From Giardia intestinalis (Eukaryota), in the NCBI GenBank assembly GCA_000002435.2, contig CM018791.1: DNA of 64,000 nt. One strand, written 5' to 3'. This document shows, one piece after another, positions 10,214 through 20,433 of this stretch. How positions within the stretch are numbered: the stretch's first letter is position 1; each line of letters begins with the position of its first letter. A program made the position numbers and the translations under genes. The notes under the pieces were generated by a model. It made no database searches. It had not been told where the DNA came from and saw only the letters and a program-made list of their open reading frames with translations.

Positions 10214-11695
10214 TTATAGAGTGCCCTCCTTTATTATCGAGTTAATTTCTGCTAGAAGCTCCTGGGGGGAACTTGGATTGAAAAGCTCAAATGTTGCAAG
10301 AAAGTTGGATATGACGTCTGCGCGTTTCTGAATCACATTTTGCAGAGCTGTACGTGCTGTACGTGCTGAGCGTTGAGTATTTGGGTGAGAAAGGATGCAC
10401 ATAGCTTTGGTTTCTAGTGCACACGTATATCCAATGAGGACAGGGTTTCGCTGAGCTGCTGGTACCGTGCGGATGCTTTGTGCTAAAGAAATAGATTCAG
10501 TTGGGGCCGAAGCAAGAAGTGCTCGAGCTAAGTGATAGGCTACCTTTACGTATATGTCTGGATATCGAACAGAAAGCTTCAGCAGATTCCGCAGCCCCTC
10601 AACGCTTGTGGTGTTCCCTAAAGATAATAGTGCACAGTGCTGTATTAATTGTGCAATCAAGCTAATGCGTGGATTTAAGGTGCTGCGTCTTTTCAGAAGT
10701 ACATTACAACGTTGGATAGCAATGCCTGGCCTCTGGGCTTCAACGGCCTTCATAATGTCACGTAGATCATGAGGAATGGAGTTCTGCAGTCGTGCTGACC
10801 CACTCCGGGATAGTGGTGAGAGGGGCTGACTCACCGTTCGCATGCTGGCCGCCTTAGGAGCACTAATAGACCGGGGATTTTTCGCTGCCCAAAAGGTATC
10901 TCTCTGCGTTGCGAATTCTAAGCCGCTAGATACCAGATCTCGAACACAGTTGACGTCACTCAAAGATTCGAAGAAAGCTATATCGCTGGAGATGAAGCTC
11001 TTGCTTACAGGAGTGTAACGAGTCTTCAGTGTAGCTGGTTCAGGATTAGGAGAACTTACTGACAAGGCCGGGGAGTCATCCTCGACGGATGGGGTTTCTC
11101 TAACAGAAGGAATCTGCCACAAACGAAACTGAGGAGTAGACAAGTCCATTGGATCAGCATGATCCGCAATTGTACTAGCATCAATTATGATACCGCGTTC
11201 CAAAAGGTCTAAGAGAAGATTCATGTCATGTGTGTTAAACCTGCAACTGTCACGGAGAGCCTCCTCGGAGCGCTTGATGCCATACAGATAGGATTTGATA
11301 TCTGGACGCAGCTCGATACAGCGATAAAGACTAACGCAAGATTGCTCAAACTCTGCAGCTTGGAATAGGGCCTCCGAGAGACAAAAATGAGCACGATGGT
11401 TGAAAGGCTCAGCTTGTAGTACACAACGTGTGTCTTCGATAGACTCAGGTATGCGGCCTGCAAGCATGTTACAACGCGCCCGTAAAAGTCTCACATTAAC
11501 ATTATCCGCATCCAGCTCCAAGGCATGTTTGCAAGCAGCGATCGCTTTAGGATAATCATGCAGCGCGCAGCAGCGTTGCGCCTCAGATACAAAAGTCCCC
11601 ATCTGTGGGTGCTGTAACGGGTCCTTGGCAATCATGAAAGTGCAATTAATATTTGGAGAATGCCTGGCATTGTTCGTATCTTGGCCATCCCCCAT
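10214..11695 (-). CDS. hypothetical TPR-like repeat protein (493 aa)
   Basis: N-terminal TPR-like helical repeats (AIAACKHALELDADNVNVRLLRARCNMLAGR..., FCLSEALFQAAEFEQSCVSLYRCIELRPD). S/P-rich middle. Confidence 0.45.
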   Translation of the reverse strand: MGDGQDTNNARHSPNINCTFMIAKDPLQHPQMGTFVSEAQRCCALHDYPKAIAACKHALELDADNVNVRLLRARCNMLAGRIPESIEDTRCVLQAEPFNHRAHFCLSEALFQAAEFEQSCVSLYRCIELRPDIKSYLYGIKRSEEALRDSCRFNTHDMNLLLDLLERGIIIDASTIADHADPMDLSTPQFRLWQIPSVRETPSVEDDSPALSVSSPNPEPATLKTRYTPVSKSFISSDIAFFESLSDVNCVRDLVSSGLEFATQRDTFWAAKNPRSISAPKAASMRTVSQPLSPLSRSGSARLQNSIPHDLRDIMKAVEAQRPGIAIQRCNVLLKRRSTLNPRISLIAQLIQHCALLSLGNTTSVEGLRNLLKLSVRYPDIYVKVAYHLARALLASAPTESISLAQSIRTVPAAQRNPVLIGYTCALETKAMCILSHPNTQRSARTARTALQNVIQKRADVISNFLATFELFNPSSPQELLAEINSIIKEGTL

Positions 11696-12253
11696 TGTGC
11701 CACCCCGGCAGCCATACGGCAGCTATTATCGCACCACGGGACCATAGATAGAATATACCTCAAGCCCGAGAACAACGCTAATGCAGTGGCCCGAGCCGCA
11801 GGAGCGAACGAACCTGTTCACACAAGGTACATAGATGGGTACGTGGAGTTTGCAGATGCATCCCAAGCTAAATTCGTCTGTCAAATACTTAACGGAAGGT
11901 CAATGTCTTACGGACTTGCACGCGAAAAGAAATCCCGCTTTTCAAGATATGTTTGGCGGCTGGCACACATGCCAAACATGGAATGGACAGACATTAACTA
12001 TGAGCATTCGTGTTTGTCACGGTCACGGGAGGCCATAATAAAGGCAGAGCTGGCCACCAGATCAAAGAATCTCGGAGATTATTTGTTACGCTTGCAGCGG
12101 ACTCGAGCCAGGAGAAATATGAGCAGTAGTGAAGAAGAGAGCTCAAGCAGTACTGAGGAAGACGGGCCAGGTTATCGCAGGCACCCTGTCATCCGCCAAC
12201 GGGGGATTCGAAGTGAAAAAGGGCGAATTGATTGTCTACTTGGATTGCTGTGA
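11660..12253 (+). CDS. ESF2/ABT1-family RRM-like pre-rRNA processing protein (197 aa)
   Basis: GIVRILAIPHCATPAAIRQLLSHHGTIDRIYLKPE ... GYVEFADASQAKFVCQILNG ... MPNMEWTDINYE resembles the Esf2/ABT1 fold. The ATG lies 36 bp upstream of the divergent neighbour's ATG (11695). Confidence 0.5.
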   Translation: MPGIVRILAIPHCATPAAIRQLLSHHGTIDRIYLKPENNANAVARAAGANEPVHTRYIDGYVEFADASQAKFVCQILNGRSMSYGLAREKKSRFSRYVWRLAHMPNMEWTDINYEHSCLSRSREAIIKAELATRSKNLGDYLLRLQRTRARRNMSSSEEESSSSTEEDGPGYRRHPVIRQRGIRSEKGRIDCLLGLL

Positions 12254-12332
12254 GTAGGGTTACTAGTAAACAGTAAGCGTATTCTCGGTTGCAAGCCCAG
12301 AGTCACGGAATGTCACGGAGGCTTTTAGAAAT

Positions 12333-13454
12333 ATGCAATCGAGTTTTCTAGGTCCAGATGAAAGCGCGGACATAGCAGGTTCCAGGCTTTGCGCGGCACG
12401 GAATGGATACTACTACATACACCTTTCCAAGCCATACTCTGGTGCCTCGATGGAGCTGTGGTACATCTTGGCAACAATGAAGGAGTTGGAAATCTTCAAG
12501 AGACCAGTGTTTGGGGTTGAGCTGCGATCTATCGATCCCCACGGGATACGCCTTACAGAGATGCATGGGAGCTTGGTACTATCCCTATTATCTAGAGACA
12601 CAGACTCTCTACAGTTCTACTTTTTGGACATAGACAGTGCCACTGCCTTACCCGTCATGCTTAGAGGTTCTAAGATTTCTCACCGCATCAATTACAGCAT
12701 GATTCACATCGCCTGCCAGCGCATCCTTCTGGTAGGCGGATCTTCTCCAACAGGGGTCTATTACTCAAGCCTTTTTGTCCTCGATTTTGCAACGGGAGAG
12801 TCACGAAAGATGCGTCCTTTGACACACGGTCTCGACGGGTTCACCCTTACTCATTTGGGGCCCGGTCGTGTAGGCCTTTTCGGAGGCTACTCTAAAATAT
12901 CCTGTGAAAACATGATTTACCTTGTCAACAAAGACCAGTGGAGCGCAGTTTGTCCAAATGATGAAGTTGATGAGCTAGTTGCGAAGCGGTGGAAACCCTG
13001 TCTTCATAAGCTTACGGACACCCTTATCTTGATATTTGGGGGGTACAATGGCCGCGTGCTTAATGATCTTTATGTATACAGCACGTCATCCAATGCATAT
13101 GCAACGATATATCCTAGAGGCACAAGTCCCCTTGCACCGCGAGAAGACGGCGCGTACATTCTAACAAAAGATAAAGCCAATCTTGTCCTCATCGGGGGTG
13201 GAACCAAGCGCTGTGATGTGCTAGACATAGAAACACTTCGAACCAGCGCTATGGCAATCCTCGCAGACGCCCTTCTGAAGCGCGATCTTACTGGTCAACA
13301 ATTAGGTGCCCCGCAATTAGTTTCGTCGGAACATCACACTGCTGAAGAGAAGGACTCCGTAGGGTCCCGGATAGTGGATGAGATAAAGGCCAAGGTCGCT
13401 GCCAGCGGACAGACTACAGAGCTACTCGACATTGTTTGGCCTAAGAAACGTTAA
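12333..13454 (+). CDS. hypothetical Kelch-like beta-propeller protein (373 aa)
   Basis: Repeated hydrophobic-GG-Y/F blades (LLVGGSSPTGVYYSSLFVLD, VGLFGGYS, LILIFGGYNGRVLNDLYVYS, LVLIGGG). Confidence 0.4.
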   Translation: MQSSFLGPDESADIAGSRLCAARNGYYYIHLSKPYSGASMELWYILATMKELEIFKRPVFGVELRSIDPHGIRLTEMHGSLVLSLLSRDTDSLQFYFLDIDSATALPVMLRGSKISHRINYSMIHIACQRILLVGGSSPTGVYYSSLFVLDFATGESRKMRPLTHGLDGFTLTHLGPGRVGLFGGYSKISCENMIYLVNKDQWSAVCPNDEVDELVAKRWKPCLHKLTDTLILIFGGYNGRVLNDLYVYSTSSNAYATIYPRGTSPLAPREDGAYILTKDKANLVLIGGGTKRCDVLDIETLRTSAMAILADALLKRDLTGQQLGAPQLVSSEHHTAEEKDSVGSRIVDEIKAKVAASGQTTELLDIVWPKKR

Positions 13455-13483
13455 CACCCACCTATTCACTCGAGGGCTTACCA

Positions 13484-15448
13484 TCAGTTGGTCACGGCAG
13501 GAGAGCTGGATCCAGGAGGCACAGCGATGCGATTAGTTCTTAGGATAGCCCCTGGAGACGTCCCAGACGGTAAATGAGCAGACGGTCCTCCCGACTTGGG
13601 TTGTTCTGACCCACCCACCTGGCGTGCATGTGGAGACGCAACCGTTTGAGAGGGTGGAGAGGACCTGACCTGCGGTTGAGACGCCTCACGCGAGCGTGAG
13701 GAGCGATCCTGTCTGTCAGCCTTGGGTGATGTTGCCGACTCGACTGGGCCAGTGGGAATCGGTGGTGCAATGATTGGTGCAGGTGTGGGCACAGCCTTTT
13801 TTAGCCCGTCTACCCCCTTAACAACGTGTGCCATGACGTGGTTTGACCCTCGTCTGACAGTTCCTATGGTATTGACAGGATGCTCTGTCGAGCTAACTAG
13901 GAACGACCCGAAGATGACGACGATGTCGTCTCCAGAGGCTGCAATGCCGTTCTTGATAACGTACTCATCGCATACCTTTGTCGCATCCTCAATGTCAGTG
14001 AACCTGTGACACACGTTGACTGTGACGCCCCAGAGCAAATTCATCCACCTCGCAGTGGACTCTGCAGCGGTCATAACTACAACCGGTACTGTGGGCCGCT
14101 GCCTCATCAAGCGAATCAGCCCGCCCCCATGGATGGAGAAGATGCAAATGCACTTTGCATCAAGAATGGAGGCAAGGCTGATAGCAGAGACACTGATACT
14201 GTCAGGAAGTCGGTGCTGTGAATCCGTCTTGAGCGGTTGCTTGCGCGTTGTGCCACTAAACAGAACCTTCGATCTGTAAGAGACGTCAAGAGGATCATTC
14301 TCGACTGCAACAATGATTTCCACGAGGTACTTAACAGTGGCAACCGAGTGGTGCCCCGTGGACGTCTCAGCACAAAGAACAAACCCATCACACCCATCTC
14401 CGAGACAGTTAGTAACGTCGGAGACCTCGGCACGTGTCGGTATCACATTTTCAGACATGGACTCACACACATTCGTTGCTATATAGCACATCTTACCGGA
14501 GTCACGAGCAATCTGAATGATGGACTTCTGAATGGACGGAAGGTAGCTGAAGTCCATCTCATCTCCGAGTGCCCCGCGCGCTATCATGATCCCATCAACG
14601 TGAGTTACTATCTGCTTAAGGTTGAGCACCGCCAGAGGGGTCTCCACCTTCGTCATTAGCATCGGTCTGAAGTCAGGGTACTTTTTGCTTAAGAAGTCGG
14701 TGTAATTCTCTATGTGCTTAATGTCTGACTCTGTGTTGATATGGGAGTAACAGATCCAGTCAACCGGCATCTTTTCGGCGAGGAGATGTAAATGCTCATA
14801 TTCCAAGGATGTGAGGGGTGCTATGGACGACAGCTTAGATGGAATGCGCAGAGAGCTTCCACCGTAGAGTTTTGTAGAGCCACGAGTGGTCACCACAGCT
14901 TTGACGTTTGTCTTGTCCGGACTAACACTTGTAACCTTTGCAATAAGCGGTCCATTCTTGAAAACTACCTCGTCACCGACCTCGATGACCGTGAATATTT
15001 CTGACTCGTTAACAAAAACTGTATTGGGTGCGTCGCATTCCATTGCCTTGTTGAACATGATATTGAGCTCGGAGCCCTCTTGAAGGGTGATGGAATTCGT
15101 CGTATTCCTGAACCGCGTGACACGGAACTTCGGTCCCTGAAGCGAGGCGATAATGCTGATGTGCTTTTTCTGGTCTGCTGCACACTTGCGGACCAAATTG
15201 TAAAGCCTGATGTTCTCCTCGTTGCTTGCCTTGGCCATAACGATGCGGAACGCATCTGCTCCGTGACGGATCATCTGAGCAATGGATCCCTCTGTATTGC
15301 AGCTGGGCCCAAGGGATGCAATAACCTTGGCACGGCGGTAGCGCGAGTCTCCTGGTTTGGGTGTCATTGGTGAGCGTATAAGGTCGTCAGCGACCAGATT
15401 CGCAACGATTCCGCTGGCTTGTCTACGCTGCACGGCGTCAGAGAACAT
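13484..15448 (-). CDS. Pyruvate kinase with S/P-rich C-terminal extension (654 aa)
   Basis: KVIASLGPSCNTEGSIAQMIRHGADAFRI, KVETPLAVLNLKQIVTHVDGIMIARGALGDEM, VIPTRAEVSDVTNCLGDGCDGFVLCAETSTGHH all match pyruvate kinase active-site segments. The last ~110 aa are low-complexity P/S-rich. Confidence 0.85.
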   Translation of the reverse strand: MFSDAVQRRQASGIVANLVADDLIRSPMTPKPGDSRYRRAKVIASLGPSCNTEGSIAQMIRHGADAFRIVMAKASNEENIRLYNLVRKCAADQKKHISIIASLQGPKFRVTRFRNTTNSITLQEGSELNIMFNKAMECDAPNTVFVNESEIFTVIEVGDEVVFKNGPLIAKVTSVSPDKTNVKAVVTTRGSTKLYGGSSLRIPSKLSSIAPLTSLEYEHLHLLAEKMPVDWICYSHINTESDIKHIENYTDFLSKKYPDFRPMLMTKVETPLAVLNLKQIVTHVDGIMIARGALGDEMDFSYLPSIQKSIIQIARDSGKMCYIATNVCESMSENVIPTRAEVSDVTNCLGDGCDGFVLCAETSTGHHSVATVKYLVEIIVAVENDPLDVSYRSKVLFSGTTRKQPLKTDSQHRLPDSISVSAISLASILDAKCICIFSIHGGGLIRLMRQRPTVPVVVMTAAESTARWMNLLWGVTVNVCHRFTDIEDATKVCDEYVIKNGIAASGDDIVVIFGSFLVSSTEHPVNTIGTVRRGSNHVMAHVVKGVDGLKKAVPTPAPIIAPPIPTGPVESATSPKADRQDRSSRSREASQPQVRSSPPSQTVASPHARQVGGSEQPKSGGPSAHLPSGTSPGAILRTNRIAVPPGSSSPAVTN

Positions 15449-15794
15449 TCCTGTCTCCCCGAAATGGAAAATTTACAAAAGCCATTTTAAATTCCTCGGT
15501 TTTTAAAGCCAGTTGTAGTAGGGCGAGTTGCCCGGTGCACGCATCAGAGCGAATGACGTGACCGCGGCGGACGTTGCAAGGACACCCACACATGTCGACA
15601 CTCCCCCATTAGCGACGTCACTCCGCTACTACTGTGCGGACAAAAGGCTCGGTCTGGCGCAGAGGTAGCACGGACCTGGGGGCAACAAGAGGTTTACTGA
15701 CTGGATCGGCAGACCACTTCACTTTTTCAGTCAACTCCAGTAGAACCAGCTTTCGATCACCAGGACAAGCATACATACTGTAAAACCGACAACA

Positions 15795-18700
15795 TTACGG
15801 TTCAAACCGTTCAAGGAGCTGCACACAGGCTGCGTGTCCCTTACTCAGAGCAATAATTCGCGCCGTTACCCCATCGTTTCGTCGCGCTCCAGCTTCATGA
15901 GGGGCAAGCAGTTCAACAATCGTGTGATGCCCTGCACGGGCTGCCATCATGAGCGCGGTTGTGCCGTCCTGCGTGCGTAGACATTGCTCCTTTTTGAGCA
16001 AGAGGGAGCAAACCTCTATAGCACCGGCTTGAGCTGCTAACATCAAGGCGCTGTGCCCCACCCCTGACTGCCTACCAGCTTCAGAGTTCAAAAGGAGAGA
16101 GGCTATCTCTGTATTGCCAGCCCTTGCTGCAAACATAAGGGCGGTAGAGCCGTTGTTTGTCATGATTCCCCGTTCACATGGCTCCAGCATTTGACAGATA
16201 GCGACAGATCCATTTTCAGAAGCCATCATGAGTGCGGTCGCTCCCTGGCAATTTGTCATCGCTGCCTCTGTGCTCAGCAGCAATTTTACTGCCGCTAGTC
16301 GCTTGTTTTGTGCAGCCAACATGAGCGCCGTTGAGCCATTGACGTTTTGCATTTTTCCTTCATAGCTCTTGAGGAGTTCCACTGCGTCGAGGAAGCCATT
16401 TTGGGCTGCCATCATCAGCGCAGTCCACCCGTTATCTAGACGCCTTCCAGCTTCATAGTCAGCCAAGATACGTACGCAGCTGGTGTGCCTATTCTGTATC
16501 GCATACATCAAGGCAGTTGCCCCGTTGCTGCGCGTGTAGTTGGCCTCGTGTGGCGCTAAAATCTCAACAATTTCTGTATACCCGCGCTTTGCAGCAAGCA
16601 TGAGGGCCGTGTAGTAGTTTGCATTCCTCAAGCCAGCTTCCAGGGGGGCCAGCCGAGAGACGACCTCTATGTGACCTAGTTCCGTTGCAATCATTAGCGC
16701 AGACATTGATCTGTGATTGAGCAATCCAGCCTCCTTTTTCATCAAAATAGAAACACAATCTACATGGTTGTGTACTGCAGCCCGCATGAGTGCAGTCCAA
16801 CCAGAGGTGGTGGCCTGACCTGCCTCACGGGGCTCCAGCAGGCGAACAATCTCTGTATTGCCCCTATCAGCAGCCACTATGAGTGCAGTTTTCTTGGACT
16901 TACCGAACTGAGCACCGGAATAGTTAAGATTTCTTGCCGAGGCGGCTACATCATTCGTCAAGACCGCAGAGAGCAGAGGATTGCAACCAGGTTTATCCAC
17001 GGGGATCATCTTTGCCTGTTGCGCATCGGCTGTCTTCTGGATAGCAAACTCCTCACAGGATAAGTCGGCCATATCCATTCCGGGGCTCTGAACCCTTGTT
17101 GCGTCCGGAAAATCGCTTGATACGGAGTCCATTTCCAGCGACAGCGTTGTAAAGTCAATGGTTGTTGCCCCCCATGGGTTAGCTGTCGGGACAGGTTTTG
17201 TAGGAACGGCTGAGATGGGCCGTTTCGGTAGTCTGGCACTACTTCGTCGAGCCTCCGGCTCATATCCATCATACCTCTTGTCCATTTCAATAGTACGTCG
17301 AAGCGAATTAAAGGATTTGTTACCCGTAGATCCATTGGAAAGAACGCTTGTATTTGCAGATCTAGCAGTTGGTGGCGACCGTATTGGTTTCAGAAGCTCT
17401 GTGGATGATGAGAAAGAACATATAGTACCTGCATGAGTAGCGGTCCTTTCCATCGAAACTAGTGCTTGTGGTGTTGCTGTGACCATATGTGATAAGTGCT
17501 CATTTCTAGGGGAAAGAGTATGTGGTTGGCTTTCTTCTTTAATGACACCAATTGAAAGTCTGTCCTCCCCAGAATTTTGATAGCCCGTTATCAAAACACT
17601 GCTTCGATGTATTTGGTCTGTGTCGGCTGCTTGGGTTTTGTTGAGTGATTGTGACTCCTTTGTGAATAGATCTATTTCGGCTCCCTCATCTAATAGCTTA
17701 ATAACCTCTATTTCGTTGAGCCTACGCGCATAGTCAACTGCTTTCTGGTTAGTTTCATCGACTAGGTGGCCCTCTTCTAATAAGAACGGAATAACCTGCT
17801 TGTTTCCTACGAGCACAGCGATCATAAGAGCGGTGAGGCTGCTTTTAGTCTGCCTGCTAACATCACGAAACAGGCATTTCCTTGCTATTGTCATGTTGAA
17901 AGACGCTACTGCAATCATAAGCTCAGTGAATCCATCGTTGTAAAGAAGCTCCAGTTCGTGTGGGACAAGAAGCTCCAGTAGGGCCCGATTTCCTTGCAGG
18001 ATTGCTTGTCTTGATGCATAATTGCCGGAAAGATCGGTATACTTTGTCTCTAGCGGAATAAGCAGCTTGGCGATCGCTGGAAGCTCGTATCTGAGTGCTT
18101 TGATGAGCGCTGTTTCGCCAGATGAGTCTCGTGCCCCCGCTTCCATGGTTGCTAGCATTGCAGCGGCTGTAATATTTCCGGATTCTATTGCGTGCATGAG
18201 AGCTGTCTTTCCCTCGTTATCAGCTTTTCGGGCTTGAGATTGTAATAAGGGTATAGCCTGTGAAAAGCCCTCAAGTGCAGCACGCATCAAGGCTGTTTTG
18301 CCGGAGGCATCTGCCAGTGTCCCCTCAAACTTTGCCAAGAGCCGCACTGCAGGCTCCTTTCTAGCACGAATGGCGTGCATGAGAGCTGTATCGCCTTTCT
18401 CATCTCTAATTCCTGCTTCATGCTTGACCAATTCATGCAGTATATCGAGGTTTTCTGAGCAGTGCACCGCTACCATCATGGCAGTCAGGCCCCTCTTTGT
18501 ACGCATTGCTTTGTAGCGTTGCAATTGAGATGAAATAGACGCCTTGCCATCCAACGCTGCAGAAATCATCAACGGTGTGAAGCCGTCTCCTTTCAAAAGA
18601 CCCGACTCCTTAATGTAAAGCGCCTTAAACACAACAGGATTGTTGTGCAAGATAGAAAAGAGTGTTGCATACACTCCACTACTATCAACTAGACCGTGCT

Positions 18701-20408
18701 CAGAGCGAGCAAGGAGACACGCCACCTCCGAGTGTCCATGTTCAATTGCATGCATAAGAGCAGTCTTTCCTTGTGCGTCCTGGAAGCGTGCATAAAAAGG
18801 GATCAAAGAGTATACACCAATCAAGTCATTAGCCATTGCTGCGCTAATAAGTGGTGTGCGATCGTCGCCGTAGATAAACGCACGCTCTTGATTACGTACA
18901 ACTGACTCAGAGAAGGTGTCGTCATTGACTGCAACTCCCTCTATATTCAACAACATATCTGCAATCTGATAATTCCTATGCAGCAATGCATAGTAGAGGG
19001 CAGTTTCCCCTGTTTTCAGTGCACAGCCTGCTTCATCATTAATAGAAAGCCTAGCAAGATCCTCGTCACCGGCAATGGCTGCTTTCATGAGCGTCGTAGG
19101 GGTGTCAACAATCTGATATGACGGTTTCTTAATGAACGGATAATTTGCAAGGTACTCGAACTGCCGATGTTCCCTCTTGGGGTGCGGTGGAGAAGAAGCA
19201 GATCTCTTAGATTCGTCTAGGTATTGGCGAGGAAGGATGGGAGTTAGTTGACCCGTGTCCACAAGGATCCGTGACGGACTTGCGGGCCGTGCTGATTTTG
19301 GTGCCAAGGTAGATACCGGTTCTGGGGTAGATTTGGCGTTCCTATTTACTGAAAGCGATTCAATAGGAGCCGTAAAGATATTATGGAGATCCACGCTTCC
19401 CCTATCAATGCCTTGCGGAGTGGTGTCCTCGGCAGCAAGGGAGCAATCCGAAGCATTATGCTTTAGAGCAGAGAGATACGAGGGCCCACGTGTTAGAAAA
19501 CTCTCACAATCAGTGTTATATCGAGAGCTGATCAGCTCAGTCTGCTGATTAAGGGACTCTGCAACCTCAGCGGCAAAAGTTGGATGAACGTCGCGAATTT
19601 GGGGCATGTCGATTAAATCAGAGAGTCCCAAGCGTGGCTTCTTGGTTATGTCAAGCAAGCTTTTACATAGCGTGCACAGTTCGCGGGTATGTAGAGGAAA
19701 AAAGACCTGCTCTGCAGGACAGGATGGCCATGGGCCAATAGGCGAATAATAGTTGTATGGAGTAAGAAGACACAGTTCATATATAAGGAGACCGATTAGA
19801 TAGAGATTACGCTGTTCTATGGTACTAAATGATGCCCCTGGGACATAGCAGTCGTAGAGTGAGGTCTTTTCCACTATCTGTTCTGGCCCATCATTCCGAG
19901 CATACGTAAAGGATCTGACGTATAGCTTTTTGCTCTTGTCCACCATTATTTCTCGTGGATCTAGAGAAATAAAGTCAATGTGCTCATCATCCGCAAAGTA
20001 TTGCTTGTGCGGCAAAAGGATGAACTGCAACAGATCTAAAAGGTCAGCTATAAAGCCCCAGATAGTCTTTTCCTCAATATGTGTACCCCGTTCACGTGCA
20101 TCGCTGATAAGACAGGCGAGTGTTTCCGATTGTACATAAGCTGTAATAACATACATAATTTTCGAATCGTTGGAGAAGCGGATCTCCTTGTAGGCAGGAA
20201 CATTAGGGTGCGAGATTTTCTGCAAGATAGAGATCTCGTTGTCCACTGCGAGGCGCTCTGTGGGCCCCAACAGGAAGAGCAGGAATTTACGGGCTGCAAC
20301 AGTCTTGCCGTCGCTTTTCCGACGCGCGGTGTAGGTGGTGGACACGTCATCACGAAAAACTAGGTGCCGCACATCGTAGTTGTTTTCAAAGGAGGTCCAA
20401 GTGTTCAT
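15795..20408 (-). CDS. NEK-like (degenerate kinase domain) ankyrin-repeat protein (1537 aa)
   Basis: The N-terminal ~280 aa are kinase-like (ISILQKISHPNVPAY...MYVITAYVQSETL) but lack Gly-loop, HRD and DFG. Two blocks of ankyrin repeats (TALM.AA, GWTALM.AA) follow. Confidence 0.75.
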   Translation of the reverse strand: MNTWTSFENNYDVRHLVFRDDVSTTYTARRKSDGKTVAARKFLLFLLGPTERLAVDNEISILQKISHPNVPAYKEIRFSNDSKIMYVITAYVQSETLACLISDARERGTHIEEKTIWGFIADLLDLLQFILLPHKQYFADDEHIDFISLDPREIMVDKSKKLYVRSFTYARNDGPEQIVEKTSLYDCYVPGASFSTIEQRNLYLIGLLIYELCLLTPYNYYSPIGPWPSCPAEQVFFPLHTRELCTLCKSLLDITKKPRLGLSDLIDMPQIRDVHPTFAAEVAESLNQQTELISSRYNTDCESFLTRGPSYLSALKHNASDCSLAAEDTTPQGIDRGSVDLHNIFTAPIESLSVNRNAKSTPEPVSTLAPKSARPASPSRILVDTGQLTPILPRQYLDESKRSASSPPHPKREHRQFEYLANYPFIKKPSYQIVDTPTTLMKAAIAGDEDLARLSINDEAGCALKTGETALYYALLHRNYQIADMLLNIEGVAVNDDTFSESVVRNQERAFIYGDDRTPLISAAMANDLIGVYSLIPFYARFQDAQGKTALMHAIEHGHSEVACLLARSEHGLVDSSGVYATLFSILHNNPVVFKALYIKESGLLKGDGFTPLMISAALDGKASISSQLQRYKAMRTKRGLTAMMVAVHCSENLDILHELVKHEAGIRDEKGDTALMHAIRARKEPAVRLLAKFEGTLADASGKTALMRAALEGFSQAIPLLQSQARKADNEGKTALMHAIESGNITAAAMLATMEAGARDSSGETALIKALRYELPAIAKLLIPLETKYTDLSGNYASRQAILQGNRALLELLVPHELELLYNDGFTELMIAVASFNMTIARKCLFRDVSRQTKSSLTALMIAVLVGNKQVIPFLLEEGHLVDETNQKAVDYARRLNEIEVIKLLDEGAEIDLFTKESQSLNKTQAADTDQIHRSSVLITGYQNSGEDRLSIGVIKEESQPHTLSPRNEHLSHMVTATPQALVSMERTATHAGTICSFSSSTELLKPIRSPPTARSANTSVLSNGSTGNKSFNSLRRTIEMDKRYDGYEPEARRSSARLPKRPISAVPTKPVPTANPWGATTIDFTTLSLEMDSVSSDFPDATRVQSPGMDMADLSCEEFAIQKTADAQQAKMIPVDKPGCNPLLSAVLTNDVAASARNLNYSGAQFGKSKKTALIVAADRGNTEIVRLLEPREAGQATTSGWTALMRAAVHNHVDCVSILMKKEAGLLNHRSMSALMIATELGHIEVVSRLAPLEAGLRNANYYTALMLAAKRGYTEIVEILAPHEANYTRSNGATALMYAIQNRHTSCVRILADYEAGRRLDNGWTALMMAAQNGFLDAVELLKSYEGKMQNVNGSTALMLAAQNKRLAAVKLLLSTEAAMTNCQGATALMMASENGSVAICQMLEPCERGIMTNNGSTALMFAARAGNTEIASLLLNSEAGRQSGVGHSALMLAAQAGAIEVCSLLLKKEQCLRTQDGTTALMMAARAGHHTIVELLAPHEAGARRNDGVTARIIALSKGHAACVQLLERFEP

Positions 20409-20433
20409 TGCTTCCTAAAGCAAGTTGAGTTTT

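Noticed and set aside
15449-15794. Candidate small ncRNA (C/D-box-like ATGA...CTGA, short inverted repeats around gacgtgac/gacgtcac) in the 345-bp intergenic region
   Set aside because: Motifs are too short and degenerate and no clean terminal stem was found. More likely the pyruvate kinase promoter (AT-rich AAATGGAAAATTTACAAAAGCC near the ATG) and the 3' region of the NEK gene (AGTAAAC on the minus strand at ~15690).
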